A stretch of 64,000 nt of DNA from Alphaproteobacteria bacterium (GCA_965227515.1 CBDDFZ010000001.1:2432001-2496000); one strand, 5' to 3'; positions 25,147-35,092 are shown, counted from the first letter of the stretch. Program-made: numbers and translations. The notes: generated by a model not told the origin, from the letters alone.

Positions 25147-25485
25147 CTAGATCGCGAAGGACGACCCACACCCGCACGACGACGATGCGTTCGGGTTGTT
25201 GATCTTGAACGCCGCGCCGATCATCTCCGTGACGTAGTCGATCTCCGCGCCGTCCAGCAATTCCAGCGACATCTCGTCGACCACCACCTTCACGCCGCCA
25301 TGGCTGAACACGCGGTCGTCGCCGGTCACCTCGTCATCCAGGCTGAAGCCGTATTGGAAGCCGGAGCAGCCGCCGCCGTTCACCGCGATGCGCAGCATCA
25401 ACTCGCCATCGACAGCCTGCTCGCTGGCGATGATCTTGCCGATCTGTGCGGCAGCGCGATCCGTGATGTTCAGGTCGTTGCTCAT
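25147..25485 (-). CDS. erpA: Iron-sulfur cluster insertion protein (HesB/IscA/ErpA family)
   Basis: GGGCSGFQY and NPNASSSCGCGSSF. Confidence 0.93.
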   Translation of the reverse strand: MSNDLNITDRAAAQIGKIIASEQAVDGELMLRIAVNGGGCSGFQYGFSLDDEVTGDDRVFSHGGVKVVVDEMSLELLDGAEIDYVTEMIGAAFKINNPNASSSCGCGSSFAI

Positions 25486-25555
25486 GACGCGGCTTTTGAC
25501 GCTCCCTGGCGGGCGGTTCGGCGGTAACGATACACCGGAAATATACCGGAATCCT

Positions 25556-25583
25556 TACATATTGGCAGCCGCCGTATTGTCAA
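25556..25583 (-). promoter_or_regulatory. Putative sigma70 promoter of erpA
   Basis: Minus strand TTGACA-N16-TATGTA. Confidence 0.45.
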
Positions 25584-25600
25584 CACGCACGCGAGGCGAC

Positions 25601-26824
25601 ATGGTGCGCGCGATGAGAGCCCCCAGCCCCCAAGGCCAAACCGAGAGCTTCGGCGAGAGCCATTTGGCGCCGTTCGCCACCTTCGCCTCGCGCTCGCGCG
25701 GCCGGCTGCACGACGAGCCGCCGCCCAGCGAGCGCAGCGCGTTCCAGCGCGACCGGGACCGGGTGCTGCATTCCGGCGCGTTCCGGCGCATGAAGCACAA
25801 GACCCAGGTGTTCGTGTACCACGAGGGCGACTATTACCGCACCCGGCTGACCCACAGCCTGGAGGTGGCGCAGATCGGCCGCTCGGTGGCGCGCTCGCTG
25901 GGACTGAACGAGGACCTGACCGAGGCGCTGGCGCTGGCCCACGACCTGGGCCACACCCCGTTCGGCCACGCCGGCGAGCGGGCGCTGGACCGGGTGATGC
26001 GCGACTTCGGCGGCTTCGACCACAACGCCCAGACGCTACGCATCCTGACCCGGCTGGAATCGCGCTATGCCGCGTTCGATGGCCTGAACCTGACCTGGGA
26101 GATGCTGGAAGGCGTGGTCAAGCACAATGGCCCGGTCACCCAGGGGCGCGACGGCGGGCCGGTGCCGGTGGCGATCGTGGAATACCAGGCGCTGCAGGAC
26201 CTGGAGCTCGCCACCTGGCCGGGACCTGAGGCGCAGGTGGCCGCACTGTGTGACGACATCGCCTACAACAGCCACGACCTGGACGACGGGCTGCGCGCGG
26301 GCCTGTTCGACCTGGACGATCTGGGCGAGGTGCCTTGGGTGGGGGCCGTGATCGACGAGGTGCGCTCAGCCCATCCCGGACTGGAGCCGGTGCGCACCAC
26401 CCATGAGTGCGTGCGCCGGCTGATCGACATGATGGTCGCCGACCTGCTGGCCGAGACCCGCGGCCGGCTGGCGGCGGCGCGCCCGCGCTCGGTAGAGGAC
26501 GTGCGCGCCCACGACGGCGCACTGGTCGGCTTCTCAGAGGCGATGCGCATCCAGGACAAGCAGTTGAAGGCGTTCCTGTGGACGCGTATGTATCGCCACT
26601 ACCGCGTCAACCGCATGTCGGCCCAGGCCCGCCGGGTGGTGGAGGAGCTGTTTCACGCGCTGACCGCGGAGCCTGACATGCTGCCGCCCGAATGGTCGAA
26701 CGCCTGCATCGATGCGACCGAGGCCAAGCAGGCGCGCGTGGTGGCCGACTACATTGCCGGCATGACCGACAGGTTCGCGATGACCGAACATCGCCGCCTG
26801 TTCGACCTGTCGGTCATTCCCTGA
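25601..26824 (+). CDS. dgt: Deoxyguanosinetriphosphate triphosphohydrolase (HD family)
   Basis: RTRLTHSLEV, AHDLGHTPFGH, DYIAGMTD; start uncertain (25601 or 25613). Confidence 0.94.
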   Translation: MVRAMRAPSPQGQTESFGESHLAPFATFASRSRGRLHDEPPPSERSAFQRDRDRVLHSGAFRRMKHKTQVFVYHEGDYYRTRLTHSLEVAQIGRSVARSLGLNEDLTEALALAHDLGHTPFGHAGERALDRVMRDFGGFDHNAQTLRILTRLESRYAAFDGLNLTWEMLEGVVKHNGPVTQGRDGGPVPVAIVEYQALQDLELATWPGPEAQVAALCDDIAYNSHDLDDGLRAGLFDLDDLGEVPWVGAVIDEVRSAHPGLEPVRTTHECVRRLIDMMVADLLAETRGRLAAARPRSVEDVRAHDGALVGFSEAMRIQDKQLKAFLWTRMYRHYRVNRMSAQARRVVEELFHALTAEPDMLPPEWSNACIDATEAKQARVVADYIAGMTDRFAMTEHRRLFDLSVIP

Positions 26825-26863
26825 TCTGCGTTCTCCAATAAGCGAAGCGACATACTGCCTGAA

Positions 26864-28615
26864 ATGAACATCTACACCCACATGCGCGACCGGGTGGTCG
26901 CGGCACTCGGCGCCATGGCCGATGCCGGCGAGCTGCCGGCGGGGCTCGACACATCCCGCGTCGGGGTCGAGCCGCCGCGCGAGGCCGCCCACGGCGATCT
27001 CGCCACCAACGCGGCCATGGTGCTGGCCAAGCCGGCGGGCAAGAAACCGCGCGACATCGCGGAGGGGCTGGCCGCCCGGCTGGGCGAGCTGGACGAGGTG
27101 GCGGCGATCGAGGTCGCCGGCCCCGGCTTCATCAATCTGCGCCTGACGCCCGATTTCGTGCGCGCCCGGGTGGTCGACGTGCTCACCGCCGGCGCCGACT
27201 ATGGCCGGTCGGACGTGGGCCAGGGCCGCGCGGTCAATGTGGAGTACGTGTCCGCCAATCCTACGGGGCCGCTGCACGCCGCCCATGGCCGTGGGGCGGT
27301 GATCGGCGATGCGCTGGCGTCGATCCTCGACTTCGCGGGCTTCGCGGTCACCCGCGAGTATTACATCAACGATGCCGGCGCCCAGGTCGACACGCTGGCT
27401 CAGTCGGCCTATCTGCGCTACCGCGAGGCCTGCGGCGAGGACATCGGCGAAATCCCGGCCGGCCTCTATCCCGGCGATTACATGGTCCCGGTCGGCGAGG
27501 CGCTGAAGGCGAAACACGGCGAGGCCCTTATGATGGCCGATGAGGCCGACTGGCTGCCGGAAGTGCGGGCCACGGCCATCGCCGCCATGGTGGAGCTGAT
27601 CCGCCGCGACCTGCGCCACCTCGGCATCGAGCACGACGTGTTCGCGTCGGAGCGGGAGCTGGTGGAGGACGGCGCCGTCGACCGCGCGTTCGCGGCACTC
27701 GACGGGGCTGGCCTCATCTACACCGGCGTGCTGGAGCCGCCGAAGGGCAAGCCGCCAGAGGACTGGGAGCCGCGGCCGCAGACCCTGTTCAAGGCCACCG
27801 AGTTCGGTGACGACACCGATCGGCCGCTGAAGAAGTCCGACGGGTCGTGGACCTATTTCGCGTCCGACATCGCCTATCACCTGGACAAGTACCAGCGCGG
27901 CGCGCGCGACCTGATCAACGTCTGGGGCGCCGACCATGGCGGCTACGTCAAGCGCATGACGGCGGCGGTGAACGCGATCACCGGCGGCGAGGCGACCCTC
28001 GACATCAAGCTCTGCGCCATGGTGCGCCTGCTCGACGGCGGCGAGCCGGTGCGCATGTCGAAACGGGCCGGCAATTTCGTGACCCTGGAGCAGGTGATCC
28101 AGGCGGTCGGGCGGGGTGCCGTGCGGTTCATGATGCTGACCCGACGCAACGACCAGCCGATGGACTTCGACTTCCAGAAGGTCCGCGACCAATCGCGCGA
28201 TAATCCGGTCTTCTACGTGCAGTACGCGCACGCCCGCATCTCGTCGGTGCTGCGCAATGCGGAGGCCGAGTTCGGGCACATCGATCTGGCCCCGGCAGCG
28301 CTGGCAGAGGCCGACCTGTCACCTTTGGATGACACCGACGAACTTTCTTTGATCTTGCGCTTGGCAAGCTGGCCGCGATTGGTGGAAGGTGCGGCCACAG
28401 CGCATGAGCCGCACCGAGTCGCCTTTTATCTCTATGACTTGGCGTCGGATTTTCATGCACTTTGGAATAAGGGGAAAGACGCCACGCACCTGCGATTTTT
28501 GGTGGAGGGCGACGATCGCAAGACCCGTGCGCGGCTTGCGATGGTTTCCGGGGTCCGCACGGTGTTGGCGCTTGGTCTGTCAATCATGGGGGTTGAGGCG
28601 CTGGAGGAAATGTAG
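26864..28615 (+). CDS. argS: Arginine--tRNA ligase
   Basis: [16 protein letters not shown] (HIGH-like), [21 protein letters not shown], ends EEM. Confidence 0.98.
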   Translation: MNIYTHMRDRVVAALGAMADAGELPAGLDTSRVGVEPPREAAHGDLATNAAMVLAKPAGKKPRDIAEGLAARLGELDEVAAIEVAGPGFINLRLTPDFVRARVVDVLTAGADYGRSDVGQGRAVNVEYVSANPTGPLHAAHGRGAVIGDALASILDFAGFAVTREYYINDAGAQVDTLAQSAYLRYREACGEDIGEIPAGLYPGDYMVPVGEALKAKHGEALMMADEADWLPEVRATAIAAMVELIRRDLRHLGIEHDVFASERELVEDGAVDRAFAALDGAGLIYTGVLEPPKGKPPEDWEPRPQTLFKATEFGDDTDRPLKKSDGSWTYFASDIAYHLDKYQRGARDLINVWGADHGGYVKRMTAAVNAITGGEATLDIKLCAMVRLLDGGEPVRMSKRAGNFVTLEQVIQAVGRGAVRFMMLTRRNDQPMDFDFQKVRDQSRDNPVFYVQYAHARISSVLRNAEAEFGHIDLAPAALAEADLSPLDDTDELSLILRLASWPRLVEGAATAHEPHRVAFYLYDLASDFHALWNKGKDATHLRFLVEGDDRKTRARLAMVSGVRTVLALGLSIMGVEALEEM

Positions 28616-28617
28616 CG

Positions 28618-29463
28618 GTGGCAGCAGTTGCAGACGATGGGCTTGGCGGAGCCAAACGTGCGGGCTCGGGCCCGGTCTATCGCGTCCTGACGTCGCTGAT
28701 CGCGGTGGCGAGCCTGGGCGGGTTCGGCTACCTGATCTATCAGTCGCTGGGCTCGGATGGGGCGGAGATCGCGGACGACGCGCCGGTGCCGGTCATCCAT
28801 GCCGCCACCACCGACTTCAAGGTCGTTCCCGACGACCCCGGCGGCATGGCGCCGCCGACCCCGGGCATCACCATATTCGACGACTTGATGGATACGCCGT
28901 TGCCGCGCGACGGCGAGGAAAGCCTGCTGCCGGCGCCGGAGCTGCCTATCGTCAATCCCACGCTGGACGATTTCGCCGAGCAGGAGGTCGACATCGTACC
29001 GCTGCCGGCCCCAGCGGTGACTGCGCCCGACGAGCCCCAGACCGATATCGCGGCCCTGATCGCGCAGAGCGAGCTTGCCGGTGGGCTGGTAGTGCCGCCG
29101 GTGCTCAGCCAGCCGTTGGCGCCGCTGCCGTCGCTCTCCGATGCCTCATTCACGCCGGCGTCCCAGGAGCCCGCCGCAGTTGAAGACGCAACGGCCAGCG
29201 ACGACCTGGTGCAGGCGCTCGGCCCACGGGTGCAACTCGGCGCGCTGCGCTCACAGGACGCGGCGATGTCTGAGTGGCAGCGCCTCAGCCGGGTGATGTC
29301 CGACCTGATCGGCCGCTACAACCCGGCGGTCCAGATCTCGGAGTTCGACGACCGCGGCGTGTTCTACCGCCTGCAGATCCCGGTCAACACTGCCGTCGAC
29401 GCCGCCGCCCTGTGCTCGATGATCAAGGACCGCGGCCACGAGTGCCTGGTGATCACGGATTGA
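28618..29463 (+). CDS. SPOR-domain membrane-anchored protein (FtsN-like)
   Basis: N-terminal TM segment, P/D-rich linker, C-terminal VQLGALRS...FYRL...C...C SPOR domain; usual position after argS. Confidence 0.85.
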   Translation: MAAVADDGLGGAKRAGSGPVYRVLTSLIAVASLGGFGYLIYQSLGSDGAEIADDAPVPVIHAATTDFKVVPDDPGGMAPPTPGITIFDDLMDTPLPRDGEESLLPAPELPIVNPTLDDFAEQEVDIVPLPAPAVTAPDEPQTDIAALIAQSELAGGLVVPPVLSQPLAPLPSLSDASFTPASQEPAAVEDATASDDLVQALGPRVQLGALRSQDAAMSEWQRLSRVMSDLIGRYNPAVQISEFDDRGVFYRLQIPVNTAVDAAALCSMIKDRGHECLVITD

Positions 29464-29480
29464 TCCGCGCCATTGCGGTT

Positions 29481-29568
29481 CGTAGCCCGGGTGGAACGAA
29501 GTGCAACCCGGGGATGTACCTTCAATTTCTGAAGTCCCCGGGTTTCGCTGCGCTCCACCCGGGCTACG
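29481..29568. repeat. GTAG-type REP doublet (REPIN-like), copy 1
   Basis: CGTAGCCCGGGTGGAACGAAGTGCAACCCGGGGA...TCCCCGGGTTTCGCTGCGCTCCACCCGGGCTACG. Confidence 0.9.
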
Positions 29569-29908
29569 GTTGTTGTTTCGATTCTTGGTAAAGGTCTTCT
29601 AGTTTCTTTAAGCACCCAAGATAAATCAAGTTCTTGTCACCTTCGGAGCGAGCATTTTTGAAATATTGATCAATGTGCGACCAAACACATCGAACTACTT
29701 CATTCATAGGGCCGTCGTCATTGGATAGCCGAAAGTACTCCATGCGCAAGTCACTATTCTTAACAGCAAAGTCCGACCCAATCGTGAGTAGCATCCGGTT
29801 CTCGGCAGCTCCGGCATCCATCTCAGCTAACACACGGTTGGCGCGTGTTTGGGTCTTTGAGTGTCTCGTGGGCGTGCGAGTCTTTGGGTGTCGCTGGCGG
29901 TCTTTCAC
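29564..29908 (-). CDS. AT-rich hypothetical protein (cassette-like ORF A)
   Basis: AGAGG RBS before GTG; lower GC than flanks; its TAG stop is supplied by the REP GTAG end. Confidence 0.5.
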   Translation of the reverse strand: MKDRQRHPKTRTPTRHSKTQTRANRVLAEMDAGAAENRMLLTIGSDFAVKNSDLRMEYFRLSNDDGPMNEVVRCVWSHIDQYFKNARSEGDKNLIYLGCLKKLEDLYQESKQQP

Positions 29909-29952
29909 ATCTTGCCTCTCTCAAGCTTTTCTGCTGCAGCCACATTAAAGTA

Positions 29953-29984
29953 CCCGGATTGCGCTTCGCTCCATCCGGGCTACG
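29953..29984. repeat. Single GTAG-type REP
   Basis: CCCGGATTGCGCTTCGCTCCATCCGGGCTACG, a variant of the right arm of the doublets. Confidence 0.8.
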
Positions 29985-30015
29985 CTTGCTACATGAATTT
30001 TAGACATAGATCGAT

Positions 30016-30321
30016 CTATATTATCGGCTCAAAATAGGATGGAATTAAGAAACAGTTTGTCCCGATAAAGAAAAACACAATTGATAGGTTGGTCAAAATG
30101 GCCAGTCTTCGTTGAAAATAGTCTGTCGGTCGATACACGGGAGGGCACAGAAAAATGGACAGGAAAAAAACCTTCCAGTAGCTACCCCATGGCAATGTGG
30201 GTGAATTTCGGGCTCGAAAATATCGAATGGAAATTGCAAAAACAATCCCAGATATTGTTATGAATACAATGCCTATTGAAAAATAGACGCTATCGTCTAC
30301 AGATGATAGGAATGATATCAT
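30016..30321 (-). CDS. AT-rich small membrane protein (cassette-like ORF B)
   Basis: 101 aa MISFLSSVDDSVYFSIGIVFITISGIVFAI...; 2-3 hydrophobic segments; strongly AT-rich. Confidence 0.55.
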   Translation of the reverse strand: MISFLSSVDDSVYFSIGIVFITISGIVFAISIRYFRARNSPTLPWGSYWKVFFLSIFLCPPVYRPTDYFQRRLAILTNLSIVFFFIGTNCFLIPSYFEPII

Positions 30322-30549
30322 GACAATTTCCAAGATCGATCGCGGACTCTGACTGGTTGGAGACTTTGCATCATCTCTCGCGTAAACTCTCTTGTCCGGC
30401 CTGCAATAGCGGCGCGAGCAGAAGTTCGATCTCTTGCCGGGTGCCGGTCCCGGCCTCGGCCAGGACCAAAATGCCACGCGCCAGTGGAGCGGGCGCGTTG
30501 TCCAGGTGCAATTCGCTGCCCTTGATGGTGATGCGGACTTGGGAGCAAT

Positions 30550-30637
30550 CGTAGCCCGGGTGGAACGAAGTGCAACCCGGGGATGTACCTTCAATAACTG
30601 AAGTCCCCGGGTTTCGCTGCGCTCCACCCGGGCTACC
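30550..30637. repeat. GTAG-type REP doublet (REPIN-like), copy 2
   Basis: Nearly identical direct repeat of 29481-29568 (spacer TTTCTG vs TAACTG). Confidence 0.9.
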
Positions 30638-30652
30638 CGTCCGTCGTGCTTT

Positions 30653-31006
30653 CTACCCGCCCTGCTGCTGGTTGAGCAGCACCTCGTAGAGCCTGAACAG
30701 CGCCTCGGCGTAGTTCATTTCCTGGTTCTCGGTGCAGACCTGGTGCGCCCAGGTGATCAGCATCGGGTTCTCGATCGGCCCGAAGTCGATCACCGGCTGG
30801 CCGGAGACCATGCGGTGCGCGTTGACGCCGCTGAGGAAGCCGAAGGTGTATTCGATCATGAACAGGCGGACGTCTTCCTCCGCCTCGAAGTTCTGGACGA
30901 TGTAGGCGCAGTCGTAGTCGGTATTGCGCATCACGATGATCGCCTGCGCCGAGGCGGCCGATACGCCGCTCACCGCCAATAGCGCACCCAATATCAATGA
31001 TCTCAT
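30653..31006 (-). CDS. Small secreted two-Cys helical protein (HdeA/Rap1a-like pattern)
   Basis: GAGGGGGA RBS, signal peptide ASA-Q, C...GFLSGVN...W...C...A pattern. Confidence 0.7.
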   Translation of the reverse strand: MRSLILGALLAVSGVSAASAQAIIVMRNTDYDCAYIVQNFEAEEDVRLFMIEYTFGFLSGVNAHRMVSGQPVIDFGPIENPMLITWAHQVCTENQEMNYAEALFRLYEVLLNQQQGG

Positions 31007-31154
31007 GAAACAGTCCCCCTCGATTCAACGCCTGGACCGAATTCCGGCCCCTCCCTGGTTCAATTCGCCATACTGGCATTGGCCCAAGAGTGGTGCAAAC
31101 TGACCTGCTGATGGGCGTGGGTACGGCGCCGGGTACCGTGTTTGAGGAACAGGC

Positions 31155-32174
31155 ATGACGACGGACTCCAAGGCGGTGATCTTCGGCTGCGCCACGGCGG
31201 TGCTGAGCGAGGACGAACGGCGCTTCTATGGCGAGGTGCGGCCGGCCGGCTTCATCCTGTTCGCCCGCAACTGTGAGGCGCCCGACCAGGTCCGCAAGCT
31301 GGTCGATGACCTGCGCGCCTCCATCGACGATCCGGCGGCGCCCGTGCTGATCGACCAGGAGGGCGGCCGGGTGGCCCGCCTCCGCCCGCCGCATTGGCCG
31401 GCGCGCCCGGCGGCGGCCCGATTTGGTGAACTCTACGCGGCGGACGCGGCGCGCGGCCTGGAGGCGGCCGAACTCAGCGCGCGGCTGACCGCCATGGCGC
31501 TGGCCGACCTGGGCATCACCGTCAACTGCGCGCCGGTGCTGGACGTGGCGGTGGCCGATACTCACAAGGCCATCGGCGACCGCGCCTTCAGCCAGAACCC
31601 GATCGCGGTCACCCGGCTGGGCGGCGCGGTGCGGCAGGGCATTGCGCGCGCCGGCGTCGCACCAGTGATCAAGCATCTGCCGGGGCAGGGCCGGGCCAGC
31701 GTCGACAGCCATCTGGAGCTGCCGCGCATCGAGGCCTCGCTGGCCGACCTGGAGAGCCGCGACTTCCCGCCCCTGCGCGCCCATGCCGATGCCGACTGGG
31801 GCATCGTCGCCCACATCGTCTACATCGCCATCGACCCGGAGCGCGCGGCCTCGGTCTCGCCGACGGTGATCGCGGAGACGATCCGCGCCGAGCTTGGCTT
31901 CGAGGGCGTGCTGCTGTCCGACGACATCGGCATGGAGGCATTGCGCGGCACCCCGGCGGACCGTGCCGCGCGGGTGGTGGCCACCGGTTGCGACATCGCG
32001 CTCCACTGCAATGGCGACTTCGACGAGATGCAGGCGGTGGCGGCGGCCATGCCGGCGCTGACCGAGCGGGCGCAAGCACGGCTCGCCCTGGCCGAAAGCA
32101 ACCGCCAGGCAGGGTTCGCCACCGGCTTCGATCCGGTGGTGGCAGAAGCGCGGCTTGCGGAACTGCTGGGATAG
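31155..32174 (+). CDS. nagZ: Beta-N-acetylhexosaminidase (GH3)
   Basis: DQEGGRV, KHLPGQG...DSH, SDD. Confidence 0.93.
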   Translation: MTTDSKAVIFGCATAVLSEDERRFYGEVRPAGFILFARNCEAPDQVRKLVDDLRASIDDPAAPVLIDQEGGRVARLRPPHWPARPAAARFGELYAADAARGLEAAELSARLTAMALADLGITVNCAPVLDVAVADTHKAIGDRAFSQNPIAVTRLGGAVRQGIARAGVAPVIKHLPGQGRASVDSHLELPRIEASLADLESRDFPPLRAHADADWGIVAHIVYIAIDPERAASVSPTVIAETIRAELGFEGVLLSDDIGMEALRGTPADRAARVVATGCDIALHCNGDFDEMQAVAAAMPALTERAQARLALAESNRQAGFATGFDPVVAEARLAELLG

Positions 32175-32257
32175 CGTCTATGTCACTCGCCGGTACCGCA
32201 GCCGATGGCAAGGGCGGTATCGGCCAAGACGGCATTTCCCCCAACGGCTGAGCGTGC

Positions 32258-33049
32258 ATGGCTGAGCAACTGAGCGACAACTGGGACGAACCGGCGGAAT
32301 CCCCCGCGCAGATGGCGCTGTTCATCGATGTGGAGGGGTTCGAGGGTCCGCTCGACCTGCTGCTGTCGCTGGCGCGCGAGCAGAAGGTCGACCTGCGCCA
32401 TATCTCGATCCTGGCGCTGGCCGACCAGTACATAAGCTTCGTCGAGCGGGTGAAGGAACTGCAGATCGAGCTTGCCGCCGACTATCTGGTGATGGCGGCG
32501 TGGCTCGCCTATTTGAAGTCGCGCCTGCTGCTGCCGCAGCCCGAGGCCGATGGCGAGCCCTCGCCGGACGAGATGGCGGCAGCACTCGCCTATCACCTGC
32601 AACGGCTGCAGGCGATGCAGGACGCCGGGCGGCACCTGATGCGCCAGCCGCTGCTGGGCGGCGACCGCCTGGTGCGGGGCGCGCCCGAGCCGCTCAAGAT
32701 TATCACGCGCAACACCTACGACGTCTCGCTTTATGACCTGCTGGAGGCCTATGGCGCGCAGTACAGGCGCAAGACCGACACGGTGCTGCGCATCCCGCCT
32801 CCCAACCTCTATTCGATGGAAGAGGCGCTGCAGCGCCTGACCACCATGCTGGGCGGGCTGCCGGGCGATATCGAGAGCTGGACCGAGCTGTCGAGCTTCC
32901 TGCCGGAGACCTTGCGCGGCGGGCTGGTCGGCCGGTCGGCCATCGCGGCGACCTTCGCCGCCAGCCTGGAACTGGCGCGCTCAGGCCACGCCGAGCTGCG
33001 GCAGGATCACGCCTTCGGGCCGATCTTCCTGCGCGCGCGGCGCCACTAG
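32258..33049 (+). CDS. scpA: Segregation/condensation protein A
   Basis: FEGPLDLLL, DYLVMAAWLAYLKSRLLLP. Confidence 0.95.
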   Translation: MAEQLSDNWDEPAESPAQMALFIDVEGFEGPLDLLLSLAREQKVDLRHISILALADQYISFVERVKELQIELAADYLVMAAWLAYLKSRLLLPQPEADGEPSPDEMAAALAYHLQRLQAMQDAGRHLMRQPLLGGDRLVRGAPEPLKIITRNTYDVSLYDLLEAYGAQYRRKTDTVLRIPPPNLYSMEEALQRLTTMLGGLPGDIESWTELSSFLPETLRGGLVGRSAIAATFAASLELARSGHAELRQDHAFGPIFLRARRH

Positions 33050-33084
33050 CGCCAGCCAGACGTAGCGCAAAGCAGATTGCCACG

Positions 33085-33795
33085 ATGGACCAGGACCAGA
33101 TCGAGCACTACACGCGGCTGATCGAGGCGATCCTTTTCGCCTCGGCCGATCCGGTGGACGAGGCCAGCCTGGCGCGCCATCTGCCGGCCGGTATCGAGCT
33201 TGCCGACATTATGGGCCACCTGTCCGCGCTCTATGCCGGGCGCGGCGTCGAGCTCGGCAAGGTCGGGCGAAGCTGGGCGTTCCGCACCGCCGCCGACCTG
33301 GCGCCCCTGATGCAGGTGGAGAAGGCGGAGACCCGCAAGCTGTCGCGCGCCGCGGTCGAGGTGCTGGCGATCATCGCCTATCACCAGCCGATCACCCGCC
33401 ACGAGATCGAGGAGATCCGCGGCGTGTCGGTCTCGCGCGGCACCTTCGACACGCTGCTGGAAGCGAAATGGATCAGGCCGCGCGGCCGGCGCAAGTCGCC
33501 GGGCCGGCCGATGACCTGGGGCACGACGCCCGGCTTCCTGGATCATTTCGGCCTGGAGACCTTGGACGCGCTGCCGGGTCTGGACGAGCTGAAGGCGGCC
33601 GGCCTGCTCGACACGCGGCCGGCGGCGGTCGCCTACGCCGCGCAGTCCGATGTCGACGAGGGCGACGGCTTTGCCGGCGACCTGGACCCCGACGATGACG
33701 AGGACGATATCGACCAGGCGGCCCTCGACCTCGACGATATGTTCGAGGAAGGCGAGGGCGAGGATGTCGACCCACGTGATGGCGCGGCCGATTGA
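33085..33795 (+). CDS. scpB: SMC-Scp complex subunit ScpB
   Basis: EAILFA, LAIIAYHQPITR.EIEEIRGV, FL.HFGL; acidic tail. Confidence 0.95.
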   Translation: MDQDQIEHYTRLIEAILFASADPVDEASLARHLPAGIELADIMGHLSALYAGRGVELGKVGRSWAFRTAADLAPLMQVEKAETRKLSRAAVEVLAIIAYHQPITRHEIEEIRGVSVSRGTFDTLLEAKWIRPRGRRKSPGRPMTWGTTPGFLDHFGLETLDALPGLDELKAAGLLDTRPAAVAYAAQSDVDEGDGFAGDLDPDDDEDDIDQAALDLDDMFEEGEGEDVDPRDGAAD

Positions 33796-33809
33796 GCGTC
33801 AGGTGTCTG

Positions 33810-34964
33810 ATGAGCCAAGTGTCTGATGACGGGCGACCGATGCTGGAACTGAAACACATCAGCCGCGCCTATGGCGACGTACGTGCTGTGATCGATGCCG
33901 ATCTGGACGTGGCGCTGGGCGAGGTGGTGTGCCTGCTGGGCCCGTCCGGTTGCGGCAAGACAACGCTGCTGCGGGTTGCCGCGGGCCTGGAGCATCCGGA
34001 CAGCGGCGAGGTCTGGATCGACGGCAAGCGCGCTGCCGACCGCAGCGGGGGGCTGCCGCCGGAAAGCCGCAGCATCGGGCTGGTGTTCCAGGACTTCGCC
34101 CTGTTCCCGCACCTGAACGTGGCCGACAACGTCGCGTTCGGCATGTCCAAGGTGCCGCCCGGCGGCCGCCGCAAGGCCGTCGACACCCTGCTGGAGCAGA
34201 TGGGCATGGCGGGCAGCGGCACGCGCTTCCCGCACATGCTCTCCGGCGGGCAGCAGCAACGGGTGGCGCTGGCCCGCGCGCTTGCGCCGAAGCCCCACGT
34301 CATGCTGCTGGACGAGCCGTTCTCCGGCCTCGACCGCCAGCTTCGCGAGGCAGTCCGCGACGAAGCGCTGCACCACCTGAAGGGCAGCGGTGCCGCCTCG
34401 CTGCTGGTCACCCACGACGCCGAGGAGGCGATGTTCATGGCCGACCGGATCGCGGTGATGCGCGCCGGACGGATCATCCAGGTCGGCGGGCCCGACGAGC
34501 TCTATTACCGGCCGGCGACGGCGTTCGTCGCCTCGTTCCTGGGCGACGCCAACGTGGTCCGCGCCAAGATGCAGCGCGGCCGGCCGGATCTGCCGCTGCC
34601 GCTGCCGGGCCAGGCGCACGGCCTGGGCGCCGACACGCTGCCGGACGGCACCGAGGTCGACGTGATCGTGCGTCCGGAAGGGCTGCGCCTGACGCCGGAC
34701 ACGGTCGCCGATGCGACCGAGGCGCGGGTGCTGGCCTCGCGTTTTCTGGGCCGCACCAGCCTGGTGCACCTGAGCATTCCCTATCGCGGGAACGATCGCA
34801 GGCCTGAAGATGCGGCTGAAGCCCCCCCCTCGAACGGTGCCGCGAACGACCTGCACCTCCATGCGCGGGTGCCCGGCCGCTATCTTCCGGAGGAGGGTGC
34901 GGCGCTTTCGGTAACGGTCGATCCGCAATTGGCATTTGTATTTCGGGCCGACCATCCGATATGA
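33810..34964 (+). CDS. ABC transporter ATP-binding protein (FbpC/PotA-like, TOBE tail)
   Basis: GPSGCGKTT, VFQDFALFPH, LSGGQQQR, DEPFSGLD. Confidence 0.9.
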   Translation: MSQVSDDGRPMLELKHISRAYGDVRAVIDADLDVALGEVVCLLGPSGCGKTTLLRVAAGLEHPDSGEVWIDGKRAADRSGGLPPESRSIGLVFQDFALFPHLNVADNVAFGMSKVPPGGRRKAVDTLLEQMGMAGSGTRFPHMLSGGQQQRVALARALAPKPHVMLLDEPFSGLDRQLREAVRDEALHHLKGSGAASLLVTHDAEEAMFMADRIAVMRAGRIIQVGGPDELYYRPATAFVASFLGDANVVRAKMQRGRPDLPLPLPGQAHGLGADTLPDGTEVDVIVRPEGLRLTPDTVADATEARVLASRFLGRTSLVHLSIPYRGNDRRPEDAAEAPPSNGAANDLHLHARVPGRYLPEEGAALSVTVDPQLAFVFRADHPI

Positions 34965-34996
34965 CACGTCATGAAGGCCGTGCGGCCGGGGCCGCA

Positions 34997-35026
34997 TTGC
35001 AAGCACGGGCCGGTATCTGCCATAAT
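34997..35026 (+). promoter_or_regulatory. Putative sigma70 promoter of tatABC
   Basis: TTGCAA-N18-CATAAT with an extended -10 TG. Confidence 0.5.
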
Positions 35027-35092
35027 CGGAATGACCGGTTGCCGACGCAGGCGCGGGGCAGGATTGTCTGGCGCGCCTAAGGGAGAGCGAAA

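Noticed and set aside
29481-30637. Classical integron attC array
   Set aside because: The repeats end in GTAG/CTAC rather than RYYYAAC/GTTRRRY boxes and there is no intI in the window; treated as REP-delimited instead
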